DNA of 64,000 bases from an uncultured Acidobacteriota bacterium (lineage in GTDB: Bacteria > Acidobacteriota > Terriglobia > Acidiferrales > UBA7541): the NCBI GenBank assembly GCA_963847505.1, contig CAWJZY010000002.1:2367137-2431136 (forward strand), given 5' to 3'. Positions 24,890 to 33,156 of this stretch are shown piece after piece (the first letter of the stretch is position 1; the number at the start of each line of letters is the position of its first letter). The notes under the pieces are model-generated. The model worked only from the letters and a program-made list of their open reading frames with translations, had not been told where the DNA came from and searched no databases. The position numbers and the translations under genes are program-made.

Positions 24890-25702
24890 TTATCGTGGAT
24901 TCTTGCGGAGCAGCCTAGTCAAGCGGTCATTTAGCTTGCGTAGACGATCGTGGATCTCCGCAGAATGCTCGTCGTATACCGCTTGCGGAATCAACTCATG
25001 TGGCTGGGCGGGCACGGCAGGCCAGCGCCACACTGCCCAGGTCCAAATTGCCTCCGCAATTAAAAACGAATAGCGCCTTACAAGATCAAATATGGAATTC
25101 GACGGATGGACTGTAATGCGTCCCAATTCGTAATTGGCTACCTGAACCGCGGAATAAATACAGATACCGGTGAGCACCCATCGGTAAAGGGGTGTTATGT
25201 GGATCCGATAATACACGCCAATCGTTAGTACAGTGAGAAGCAGGACTGCCTCGAGAAATTCGAATCGTTGCATACCTGTCGTGACGAGATATCTTAGCTT
25301 GCTGGTATTGTGAGCTGTTGAATTGGCTCCCCATAAGAACAGCACAACCCCAATGCCGGTCAGCGCTCGCCAAGCCAAAGCCCAAACAAGAGGATAATTA
25401 CGCAGGGAACGCCAGCAAATTTCAATAATCGTCGCGAGCCGGAGAACGGACAGAATGGCCTCGCTAACCCAGTAGGAATAGAATGCCGGCTTCGTGCCAT
25501 ACAGTGATGTATGTGAAACCCATAACCAGATGAAATCCCTCGGCACCAGCAACATGATGTAGACGAAAAAAAACACCAGGTTTCGATTGAGTTTGCGTCG
25601 TAATGCGAAAATGAAGAGCGCGACGTGGAGGGTGTAGTCAACTGTCGTAACGACGAATGAGAAAAGCGCAGACGGTGAATGCATCGGCGCGCATCTTAAC
25701 AT
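24890..25702 (-). CDS. hypothetical polytopic membrane protein (about 7 TM segments)
   Basis: 270 aa with hydrophobic segments spaced throughout and a basic cytoplasmic-looking tail (HDRLRKLNDRLTRLLRK). AAGG lies upstream of the ATG at 25702. No recognisable catalytic motif. Confidence 0.65.
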   Translation of the reverse strand: MLRCAPMHSPSALFSFVVTTVDYTLHVALFIFALRRKLNRNLVFFFVYIMLLVPRDFIWLWVSHTSLYGTKPAFYSYWVSEAILSVLRLATIIEICWRSLRNYPLVWALAWRALTGIGVVLFLWGANSTAHNTSKLRYLVTTGMQRFEFLEAVLLLTVLTIGVYYRIHITPLYRWVLTGICIYSAVQVANYELGRITVHPSNSIFDLVRRYSFLIAEAIWTWAVWRWPAVPAQPHELIPQAVYDEHSAEIHDRLRKLNDRLTRLLRKNPR

Positions 25703-25762
25703 CTCTACCTTGGAAGGCAGGCACTAATTAATGCGCGCCGATCGTTGTGGACAAGTTCAGGC

Positions 25763-25909
25763 TCAGCACCCCGGCCAAGGAGGCACTGAGCCGCCGCCAT
25801 CAGCAATTTGCCGCGTATTGTTGAGAGAGTTGTTGAAGTGTATAGCAATAGGGGATAAAATCGCTCCTGCAAATGCCAGTACCAGAAGTAAGCGTGTGAT
25901 ACGTTTCAT
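25763..25909 (-). CDS. unlisted 48-codon ORF: small secreted or membrane peptide MKRITRLLLVLAFAGAILSPIAIHFNNSLNNTRQIADGGGSVPPWPGC
   Basis: Below the ORF-track length cutoff. AGGAGG lies 9 nt upstream of the ATG (minus strand). Signal-peptide-like N terminus. It ends 60 nt upstream of the 270-aa membrane protein gene on the same strand. Confidence 0.45.
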   Translation of the reverse strand: MKRITRLLLVLAFAGAILSPIAIHFNNSLNNTRQIADGGGSVPPWPGC

Positions 25910-26002
25910 TTGGTAAAGCCTCCTGGGTGCGGACTCTCTCGCGGCGCGCCAAGCGGCGGTGCTTAGAGGTAAAAATGTTCAGAAAACGGAACAGAGGCGC
26001 GG

Positions 26003-26452
26003 ATGGCAACCTGGGAATCGTTTGATGGAAGCCGCCGTTTGACGGAAGACTTCTCGGCGCGAACATTGGCAGGTATCCCCAGCGACTTTGGGAGGCTGAT
26101 CTATCTGGCGTCGTTGCGGGATTTGGCGTCAGGCCGCTACAGCCACGCTGGGCTCGAATCGCAGTATCCAGCGGCTGCAGTGCAGGAAACACTGGCCAGG
26201 GCACATCAAGAAATTTGCGAGTGCATCCTCGAAACCTCTCTAACACAGCAGGAAATAGACCTAATTTCCTGCTTGCAAGGATTTCAGGCTGCCCCGGAGG
26301 ATGTAGTCAGAAATTGGCGGGAATTAGAGTGCTACCGGGCGCTTCTGCCTTTCGGTTTGCCAGGCTACGTGCGGGACCTGTTTTGTTCCAATATTGAAAC
26401 GCTACTGAGCATTTTCGAAGGAAATCGTACTACAAGCCCCCAAAGCGTATAG
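26003..26452 (+). CDS. hypothetical protein
   Basis: 149-aa ORF with balanced composition and no motif I recognise. Its 3' end overlaps the XRE-family gene convergently. Confidence 0.5.
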   Translation: MATWESFDGSRRLTEDFSARTLAGIPSDFGRLIYLASLRDLASGRYSHAGLESQYPAAAVQETLARAHQEICECILETSLTQQEIDLISCLQGFQAAPEDVVRNWRELECYRALLPFGLPGYVRDLFCSNIETLLSIFEGNRTTSPQSV

Positions 26453-27170
26453 CCGTTCCAACTACCTGACCAATGACTTCGCCCTCATCCGGGAAACGAA
26501 AGATTTTGGGCGCGCACGGTGAAAGCGAGTGCGGTTGAAGAATCAGCGTCTCCAGCTCCTGGACACACCAGGCACAGCGATACCCCTCGCGCAAGTCCAC
26601 GAAATAGATGGGACGCTCGAACTCGTTTTTCCATCCTGAGTTTTTTACCTTCCGCCGCATGGGATCAATCAGGACAAGGCTGCCGGGTCGAAGCATCGGT
26701 TCCATCATGTGGTCTTCCAATCCAACGTAGCCATACAGATAGCGGCTATCTTTGGTGAAGAAAACTCCTTCCAGATCCTTCCATGATTGCACCATCCGGC
26801 TCAGGAGTTCTGTCCTGCGCAAGTCAAATGCAGGATCGAATTGCATGGGTAATCGCAGCGAAATGGGAGGGGCGGCTAAGTGCGTGCGGGGAGCGGAGAT
26901 TTCGGCCCCGTCGGAGAAATGGTGTTCTAGGGGGAAATCGTACCAGTTCATTACATCAAGAGGATTCAGGTGATATATAGCTGAAAGGGCGTAGAGCTTA
27001 TGTAGGCTTGGGATGGTGCCTTGGTTTTCGATGGCTGCCAGGCGGCTGATATGGATAATAAAATCCGCCCGCCCGCGAAGGGAAGCAAGTTGGTAGCTTG
27101 AACGTTCAACATCGCGAAACGTCAGGCCCAATCGTTCCCGCGCCTGCCGAAGTCGCGAGCCCGGAAGCAT
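26430..27170 (-). CDS. XRE-family HTH regulator with a C-terminal LexA/CI (S24)-like domain lacking the Ser-Lys dyad
   Basis: ATG at 27170 with GAGG upstream (the track starts one codon earlier at TTG). HTH LRQARERLGLTFRDVE...ISRLAAIENQGTIPSLHKLYALSAIY. C-terminal GLEDHMMEPMLRPGSLVLID...IYFVDL...LILQP...VIGQVVG resembles the S24 fold. Confidence 0.78.
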   Translation of the reverse strand: MLPGSRLRQARERLGLTFRDVERSSYQLASLRGRADFIIHISRLAAIENQGTIPSLHKLYALSAIYHLNPLDVMNWYDFPLEHHFSDGAEISAPRTHLAAPPISLRLPMQFDPAFDLRRTELLSRMVQSWKDLEGVFFTKDSRYLYGYVGLEDHMMEPMLRPGSLVLIDPMRRKVKNSGWKNEFERPIYFVDLREGYRCAWCVQELETLILQPHSLSPCAPKIFRFPDEGEVIGQVVGTAIRFGGL

Positions 27171-27261
27171 CAAATTCCTCTGATTCGCTGGCGTTGGATA
27201 ACGGAATGACTATAACAGATTATCAATCAGATATAAATTTAAATTGAACTTTTACCACTAT

Positions 27262-27310
27262 TTCATCTTGGTTTTTTTCTGGTTCTTCTTGGTTTCTTTG
27301 GGATTCTCTC
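27262..27310. repeat. four helically phased T-rich repeats (cTTGGTTT / tCTGGTTC / cTTGGTTT / tTTGGGAT)
   Basis: YTGG cores at 27268, 27279, 27289 and 27298 (spacing 11, 10, 9 nt). They lie in the AT-rich intergenic region between the XRE gene and the HExxH protein gene. Confidence 0.3.
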
Positions 27311-27604
27311 CGGTATCTTTATGAGGTCCGTTCCAAGACAGGCGGCGTTCAATTCGCGTCCCGGCCGCAGACTGGCAAGACGGTGCAGGATCTGGGGGAG
27401 GAAGCGTTTCCGGCGTTTGTGAGGGTCATGGTAGCAAGCATACTGGCGGGCTGGTTGGCATCATCATTAGGGCCTGCAGGCTTCTACCGCTGCCGCGGCT
27501 CTTGGAAGCCGCATCCTCAACCCGCAATGCCGGGGACAAGTTGCGGATGAAACCTGCTATTCTGGGAACGGCAAAGCGGACTTGCAATCCCCGCCACAAT
27601 ACAA

Positions 27605-29113
27605 ATGCGAACTGTTGATTCACACGCTTCGAAACTCTCATTGAACCTTAGGAAAAAAAGTAAGCGCGCCCTGGTCGAGCGAGCGATGACCGGCATATTC
27701 TGCCTGTTGCTGTCCGCCGTCGTGGTGGCGCGCGCTCAGCAACCGCCCGCGCAGGCAGCGCCCACAAAGCCCGCGGCAGGGGCCACGGATCCCGCCGAGT
27801 TCCTGCACATCACCGATGAAGTGATGGCCGAGATGAGCAAGCTCCTTGGCCTGACGCAGATGGAGCCGCTCAAGAAGAGTCTTCGCTCGCGCGAAGAAAT
27901 CCGCGCCTACCTGATTCGCCAGATGAATGAGGACAAGGAACCTGACAAGCGTTATGCCGATGAGAAGGTGCTGGAAAAACTTGGCCTGCTCCCAAAGGAC
28001 TTTCCCATTGATAGTTTTATGTTGGATTTGCTGACCGAGCAGATCGCGGGGCTCTATGACCCCAAATCAAAAGAGTTCTACATCGCAGATTGGATTGTCC
28101 CTGAGGACCAGCGGGAGGTGATGGCCCATGAATTGACGCACGCGCTGCAGGATCAGCATTATCACATTGACGCGTGGCGGGACGCGGCCAAGCCGAATGA
28201 CGACGCCGAATCGGCGCGAGATGCCGTTCTCGAAGGCGCGGCGGTTGCGGCGATGATTGACTATGGACTGCACCAGCAGGGAAGCACCCTCGCCGATATG
28301 GGTGACATGAGCTTCAGCGCGCTTCTGGGCAATCTTGACGATTCTCCAATGCTGAAGAAGGCGCCGCCATTCCTGAGTGACTCCTTGCTCTTCCCTTATT
28401 CGGCCGGAGCGGACTTCAGCCAGGCAGTGTTGCGCGCACGCGGCGGATGGCCGGGATTCCATACCGTTTTCGAAAATCCTCCAGTTTCAACGCAGCAAAT
28501 TCTGCATCCGGATCTCTACTTGCACAATGTTGCGCCGGAGGTCGTCACGCTACCGGATCTTTCGCGCGATTTGCCGAAGGGATGGAAGATGCTTGATTCC
28601 AATATTCTGGGCGAATTCGGCATTCAGGAGATCCTGAAACAGTTTCTCGGCGAAGCGAGATCGGATGATTTGGCGCCGGTTTGGGCGGGTGATCGGTACG
28701 CCATTTACGAACGGAAAGCAGCGAAGAAACCAAAAGACAAGAACGCCAAGGACACTACCGAAGACACGCTCGTTCTGCGCGTGCGCACGGATAGCGCCGC
28801 CGATGCGGCGCGCCTATTCGGCGGGTTCAGCGAAGTGTACGACCACAAATATGAAAAACGCGATAACCCTTTGCGGCGGCCAAACTATCTTTCTTTTGAT
28901 TCCAGCGAGGGTGGCGTCTTCCTGCGGTGTTTGGGCGCTGATTGCATCAGCCTGGAAGGCGGGGACCGCAAAGTGTTTGACGCGCTGGTCCGCGCGCTAG
29001 GCTGGCCGGCCAATCCTGGCGAGGGTGAGGCGCCGGCCGGAGGCATCAGAGCTATCGAGGACTGGCGCACGCCGCTGCTTCCTCCAACCGCGCCCATCGA
29101 AATTCATCCCTGA
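27605..29113 (+). CDS. secreted putative zinc metallopeptidase (HExxH)
   Basis: Signal-like MTGIFCLLLSAVVVARAQ (alternative start 27686). HExxH in VMAHELTHALQDQHYH. No family assignment possible by eye. Confidence 0.7.
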   Translation: MRTVDSHASKLSLNLRKKSKRALVERAMTGIFCLLLSAVVVARAQQPPAQAAPTKPAAGATDPAEFLHITDEVMAEMSKLLGLTQMEPLKKSLRSREEIRAYLIRQMNEDKEPDKRYADEKVLEKLGLLPKDFPIDSFMLDLLTEQIAGLYDPKSKEFYIADWIVPEDQREVMAHELTHALQDQHYHIDAWRDAAKPNDDAESARDAVLEGAAVAAMIDYGLHQQGSTLADMGDMSFSALLGNLDDSPMLKKAPPFLSDSLLFPYSAGADFSQAVLRARGGWPGFHTVFENPPVSTQQILHPDLYLHNVAPEVVTLPDLSRDLPKGWKMLDSNILGEFGIQEILKQFLGEARSDDLAPVWAGDRYAIYERKAAKKPKDKNAKDTTEDTLVLRVRTDSAADAARLFGGFSEVYDHKYEKRDNPLRRPNYLSFDSSEGGVFLRCLGADCISLEGGDRKVFDALVRALGWPANPGEGEAPAGGIRAIEDWRTPLLPPTAPIEIHP

Positions 29114-29119
29114 ACCCAT

Positions 29120-30241
29120 TTAGTTGGCGCCGCCAGGCTTGCTCTGCGCGGCCGCGGGCTTTCGCGCCGGCGAAGCATGCGCCGCCGTAAAAATTGCCTT
29201 TGGCAGCATCATGTGCACACCTTTGTTCGTGTCCACGAGCTGCGTAATGTGTAGATCGGCTGCAACGCTGGCGAGCGCGTAGGCGTCATCCGGGGTCAAG
29301 TGTTTGTCATCCACCAAGAAATCAATCATCTGCCGCACGGCTTGCTTGGTCGCCTCGTTCAAATCCTGATTCATTCCCATGGTGATGAATTCCGTGGGGG
29401 TTTCCGCGCGTGGCCAGACAAAGTGCAGATCCTTGCGAACGACGAACTGAAATGTCCCGATCAGTGAAGTTTCCATCGCGGTGATGTCCACCTCGCCGTC
29501 TCCCTGTCCGGCATGGCCGTCTCCAACTTCGAAAAGCGCGCCGGGAGCATTTACAGGCAGGTAGAGCGTCGTCCCGGCCACCAGATACTTATTATCCATA
29601 TTGCCTCCGTAAACTCCCGGAGGAACGCTGCTCACGCGTCCAGCCGCAGGTGGCGGCGCAACTCCCATGCTGCCGAAAAATGGATGCAGGGGAATTTCAA
29701 TGCCGGGCCCAAACTGCGCGATCATGCGCTTGCGATCGAGAGGGATTATTTTCGTTTTGGAGTAGGGGAAATCCTCTGGCAAAAACCCGCTCGTCCGGCC
29801 AAAACCGTTATAGGCATATGGTATCGCGAGTTGAATCGCCTTAATGCGGATTTCCAGGACGTCGCCTGGTTCGGCATCTTCAACATAAATAGGACCCGTC
29901 AAAATATGACCGCCGGGGCCTTTGTCCGTGACTGCGCCTTGAACATAAACGTCACGCAACGCTTGCTCGATTTGGTCGGCGGCAACGCCTGCCGCCGCAA
30001 GGCGCGTGGGGCTTGAAGTGAGCAGCGTATGCACTTGAACGGTATCGCCGGACTTGACGCGTAACACCGGGGCGGAAGTTGCGTCGTAATGTCCCCACGC
30101 AACCGTTGTCGGGGTGGGCTCCAACTTGATGATCTTCGATTTTGCCGGCGTCGCTTTGCCGGTCTTGGGCGCTGGTTGTTGGCTCCACGCGCTAACCGCC
30201 GCGATACTCAGAATCGAAATTGTGCAAAGAATTCGTCTCAT
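29120..30241 (-). CDS. acetamidase/formamidase family protein with signal peptide
   Basis: Start trimmed to the ATG at 30241 (GGGAGG 9 nt upstream). Signal MRRILCTISILSIAAVSAWSQ. FmdA/AmdA-like HILTGPIYVEDAEPGDVLEIRI, GGNMDNKYL, LFEVGDGHAGQGDGEV. Confidence 0.85.
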   Translation of the reverse strand: MRRILCTISILSIAAVSAWSQQPAPKTGKATPAKSKIIKLEPTPTTVAWGHYDATSAPVLRVKSGDTVQVHTLLTSSPTRLAAAGVAADQIEQALRDVYVQGAVTDKGPGGHILTGPIYVEDAEPGDVLEIRIKAIQLAIPYAYNGFGRTSGFLPEDFPYSKTKIIPLDRKRMIAQFGPGIEIPLHPFFGSMGVAPPPAAGRVSSVPPGVYGGNMDNKYLVAGTTLYLPVNAPGALFEVGDGHAGQGDGEVDITAMETSLIGTFQFVVRKDLHFVWPRAETPTEFITMGMNQDLNEATKQAVRQMIDFLVDDKHLTPDDAYALASVAADLHITQLVDTNKGVHMMLPKAIFTAAHASPARKPAAAQSKPGGAN

Positions 30242-30335
30242 ATGCGCGAGCCTCCCGTAACAGGCAGGTAGTGTATCGCAAGGAAAGCGAACATGTATTG
30301 GGTGACCTTCAAATGCAGGTGAAAAATTTCGAGAA

Positions 30336-32543
30336 TCAGACCTTGACGACGCCATTCGGCGCCATCGGCAGGGCTCTCAAGCGCACTCCCGTGGCATCGC
30401 AAATCGCATTGCCGATTGCAGGAGCCAACGCCATCAGCGGAACCTCGCCCGCCCCTGTGGGGATAATGTCCTTGCGATCCACGAGGACGACCTCAATGGG
30501 CGGAACGTCCTGAAAGCGCGGCACCCGATACTTCGAGAACTTTGGATTAAGGATGCGGCCATTTTCGAATTCGATGACTTCGAACAGCGCGCCACCCAAA
30601 CCTTGAATGTTCGCGCCCAATACCTGATTGCGCAGGCCATCAGGATTGACAATAGCCCCGCACTCATACGCAACCACGACGCGCACAATCCTCAATGCGC
30701 CGGTAGAGCGATCTACACTCACCTCCGCGCAGTTGGCCACGTAGCCCCCCTTTTCGCTTCCACAGGCGAGCCCAAAGCCGTGGCCGGGCGCGGGTTTTGC
30801 TTTGCCCCAGCCGAATTTATCCGCCGCGGCTTGCAGGACGCCTTTTATCCGGTCGTCTTGCAGATTCTTCATGCGGAAGGCGAGCGGGTCCATTTTTATC
30901 AAGCGCGCCAAGTCGTCCATGTGCGATTCGCGCGCAAAAAAGTTGGCCGTGGCGGCGAGACCCCGGTAGGAACCTTGCCGCAACGGATATGCAGTTGAAT
31001 GGAAAACGGTGGACGAATTCGTAACCGCGTAGGGCGTGCCAAGCCCGGAGTTGCCGGAATTATAGTTCTGAAATTCCCACGCCGTGAGCGTGCCATCGCC
31101 ATTCACACCGCTGCGGATATCAATCACGCCCACCGGACGGAAATATGCCCAGGTGAACTCCTCTTCACGCGTCCACGTAAGCTTGACGGGTTTGCCCGCG
31201 CCCTGCGCGAGCCGCGCAGCTTCCACGGCGCATTCACCGGTGTGTTTGCCGCCATAGCCTGACCCCATGTCCGGCATCTGCACGCGGACTTTATCCTCGG
31301 AAAGATGAAAGGCTTGCGCGAGCTCGGTACGCACACCAAAAGGCCGTTGCGTGCCAGTGGATACGGAAAGCTCGCCGCCATTCCACTCAGCGACAGCCGT
31401 GCGGGGCTCAAGGGGCGCGTGCGCGATATACGCTACTGTGTATGTTGCATCGAGCTTGTGCTCCGCAGCGGCAAGTCCTGCTTCGATCGACGAGCGGCCG
31501 CCATTTGGCTGCTGGCCTTGCCCACCTTCGCCACCCCGGCCGCGTCCCCCTCCCCGTCCTCCGGTTTGGACGTTGGCCTTCAGATATTCATAAATATTGC
31601 TGCTCGATGGCTGCGCTGGCCCCGGCGTCCACACCGCATTGAGAGCCTTGAGTGCGCGCTCAGCCGTTTGCGGATCAGGCGCCGTCACACCTACGAAATC
31701 GCCGTCATGCACGACGGTCACGCCCGCCATGGCTTCCGCGGCACTTGCGTCCAGAGACGCCAGAGTCGCGCCAATCCTGTCCGGCCTAAGCACTTTGCCG
31801 TAAAGCATGCCCGGTAGTTTTATGTCCGATGTGTACTTGTGCTTGCCGGTCACAAAATCGCGGCCATCCACTTTTTCCAGCGGCTTTCCCGCCACCGTCC
31901 AATCGGTTGGAGGAATCAGCGGATCCGTATCGGGAATATTCACCGCAAGCGCTTGACCCTGCGCTAACTTCCCGTAAGTGATAGAGCGGTTAGTCTGCGG
32001 GTCGCTGATTTTTCCCGCGGAGGCGACCAGCCGCGCCGCATCCACATTCCATTGCTTGGCGGCGAGATCGCGCAGAGTGTCGCATGCTGCTGAGGAAATG
32101 TGGCGGAGCTGCATGCCCATCCGCGGCGTTGTTTGGCTGCCGAAGGTTCCCTGATCGAACGGAGTAAATTTCGTATCGCCCATGACCATGGTGATGGAAC
32201 CAAACGGCGCACGAAGCTCTTCAGCCACAACCTGCGCGAGAGATGTGCGGACGTTCTGTCCGATTTCGACTTTGCCGGTAAAAACCGTGATGCGGCCATC
32301 TTCGTCAATATGCAGCCACGCCGATATCTCCTTCGGCATGGCCTGGCCGAAGCCACCGCCGCCGCGCCCGGATTCCCCTTGCTGTTGCGCGATGGTTCCC
32401 TTGGAGATCAGAAAAATTGCGATGCCCGTGCCGATGATCCTCGCGAAATCGCGGCGGTCAATTTCAAAGTGATGTACGGGGGGAGTCTGAAGTTCGTAGC
32501 GTTCCGGCTCAAGCACTATTTGAGGAGCGTGATCGTTCTTCAT
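30336..32543 (-). CDS. xanthine dehydrogenase/aldehyde oxidase family molybdopterin-binding subunit (IorB-like) with Tat-type signal
   Basis: Start at the ATG at 32543 (AAAGGAGCGG upstream; the 2Fe-2S gene stop is 2 nt before). Twin-arginine DRRDFARIIGTGIAIFLIS. Typical MoCo-subunit blocks (GGGFG, GQGxxT-like regions). Gly/Arg-rich inserts. Confidence 0.88.
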   Translation of the reverse strand: MKNDHAPQIVLEPERYELQTPPVHHFEIDRRDFARIIGTGIAIFLISKGTIAQQQGESGRGGGGFGQAMPKEISAWLHIDEDGRITVFTGKVEIGQNVRTSLAQVVAEELRAPFGSITMVMGDTKFTPFDQGTFGSQTTPRMGMQLRHISSAACDTLRDLAAKQWNVDAARLVASAGKISDPQTNRSITYGKLAQGQALAVNIPDTDPLIPPTDWTVAGKPLEKVDGRDFVTGKHKYTSDIKLPGMLYGKVLRPDRIGATLASLDASAAEAMAGVTVVHDGDFVGVTAPDPQTAERALKALNAVWTPGPAQPSSSNIYEYLKANVQTGGRGGGRGRGGEGGQGQQPNGGRSSIEAGLAAAEHKLDATYTVAYIAHAPLEPRTAVAEWNGGELSVSTGTQRPFGVRTELAQAFHLSEDKVRVQMPDMGSGYGGKHTGECAVEAARLAQGAGKPVKLTWTREEEFTWAYFRPVGVIDIRSGVNGDGTLTAWEFQNYNSGNSGLGTPYAVTNSSTVFHSTAYPLRQGSYRGLAATANFFARESHMDDLARLIKMDPLAFRMKNLQDDRIKGVLQAAADKFGWGKAKPAPGHGFGLACGSEKGGYVANCAEVSVDRSTGALRIVRVVVAYECGAIVNPDGLRNQVLGANIQGLGGALFEVIEFENGRILNPKFSKYRVPRFQDVPPIEVVLVDRKDIIPTGAGEVPLMALAPAIGNAICDATGVRLRALPMAPNGVVKV

Positions 32544-32545
32544 TT

Positions 32546-33064
32546 TTATGCCGCTCCTTTCACCGCGGCCGATTTCGCCGCGTGCGCGGCCTGCCGGATC
32601 GCGGCTACAACACGCGGCTGCGTGCCGCATCGGCAAATGTTCCCTTGCATATATTCAGAAATTTGAGTCTCGGTTGGGTCGGCGTTCGATTTCAGGAGCG
32701 CGACGGCGCTCATGATCATACCGGATGTGCAGTAAGCGCATTGCATCGCGCCTTGATCCAGAAACGCCTGCTGCACCGGATGCAACCTGCCATTCCGCTC
32801 CAGACCTTCAATGGTGGTAATCGATTTCTTGCCGATGGCGCCAACGCTCGTGATGCAGGAGTGGCGCGGGTTGCCATCCACCAATACCGTGCATGCGCTG
32901 CATTGGCCCTCGCCGCAGCCGTACTTGCTGCCGGTCAAGTCCAATTGGTCGCGCAGCACGCTGAGCAGGGAAGTTTCCGGCGCAGCGTCTATTTTGTAGG
33001 CCCTGCCATTAACTTGGATTTCTGTGATTCTCGCCGACGTTGTATCGGATGATTGCAGAGGCAT
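32546..33064 (-). CDS. (2Fe-2S)-binding small subunit of the molybdo-oxidoreductase (IorA/CoxS-like)
   Basis: 172 aa. Plant-type cluster GCGEGQCSACTV and second cluster QCAYCTSGMI...GNICRCG. Confidence 0.9.
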   Translation of the reverse strand: MPLQSSDTTSARITEIQVNGRAYKIDAAPETSLLSVLRDQLDLTGSKYGCGEGQCSACTVLVDGNPRHSCITSVGAIGKKSITTIEGLERNGRLHPVQQAFLDQGAMQCAYCTSGMIMSAVALLKSNADPTETQISEYMQGNICRCGTQPRVVAAIRQAAHAAKSAAVKGAA

Positions 33065-33156
33065 GGATCACCTTCGCGCGGCCCGTGAATGGGCGGCGGT
33101 ATCCATGCTAATCCCGCCGGGCGTCGGGGCACAAGAGTGGCGTTCAATTACGAGGT

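Noticed and set aside
27321-27422. 33-codon highly basic ORF (MRSVPRQAAFNSRPGRRLARRCRIWGRKRFRRL) upstream of the HExxH protein gene
   Set aside because: No RBS and an Arg-dominated composition. Probably a chance ORF in a GC-rich stretch.
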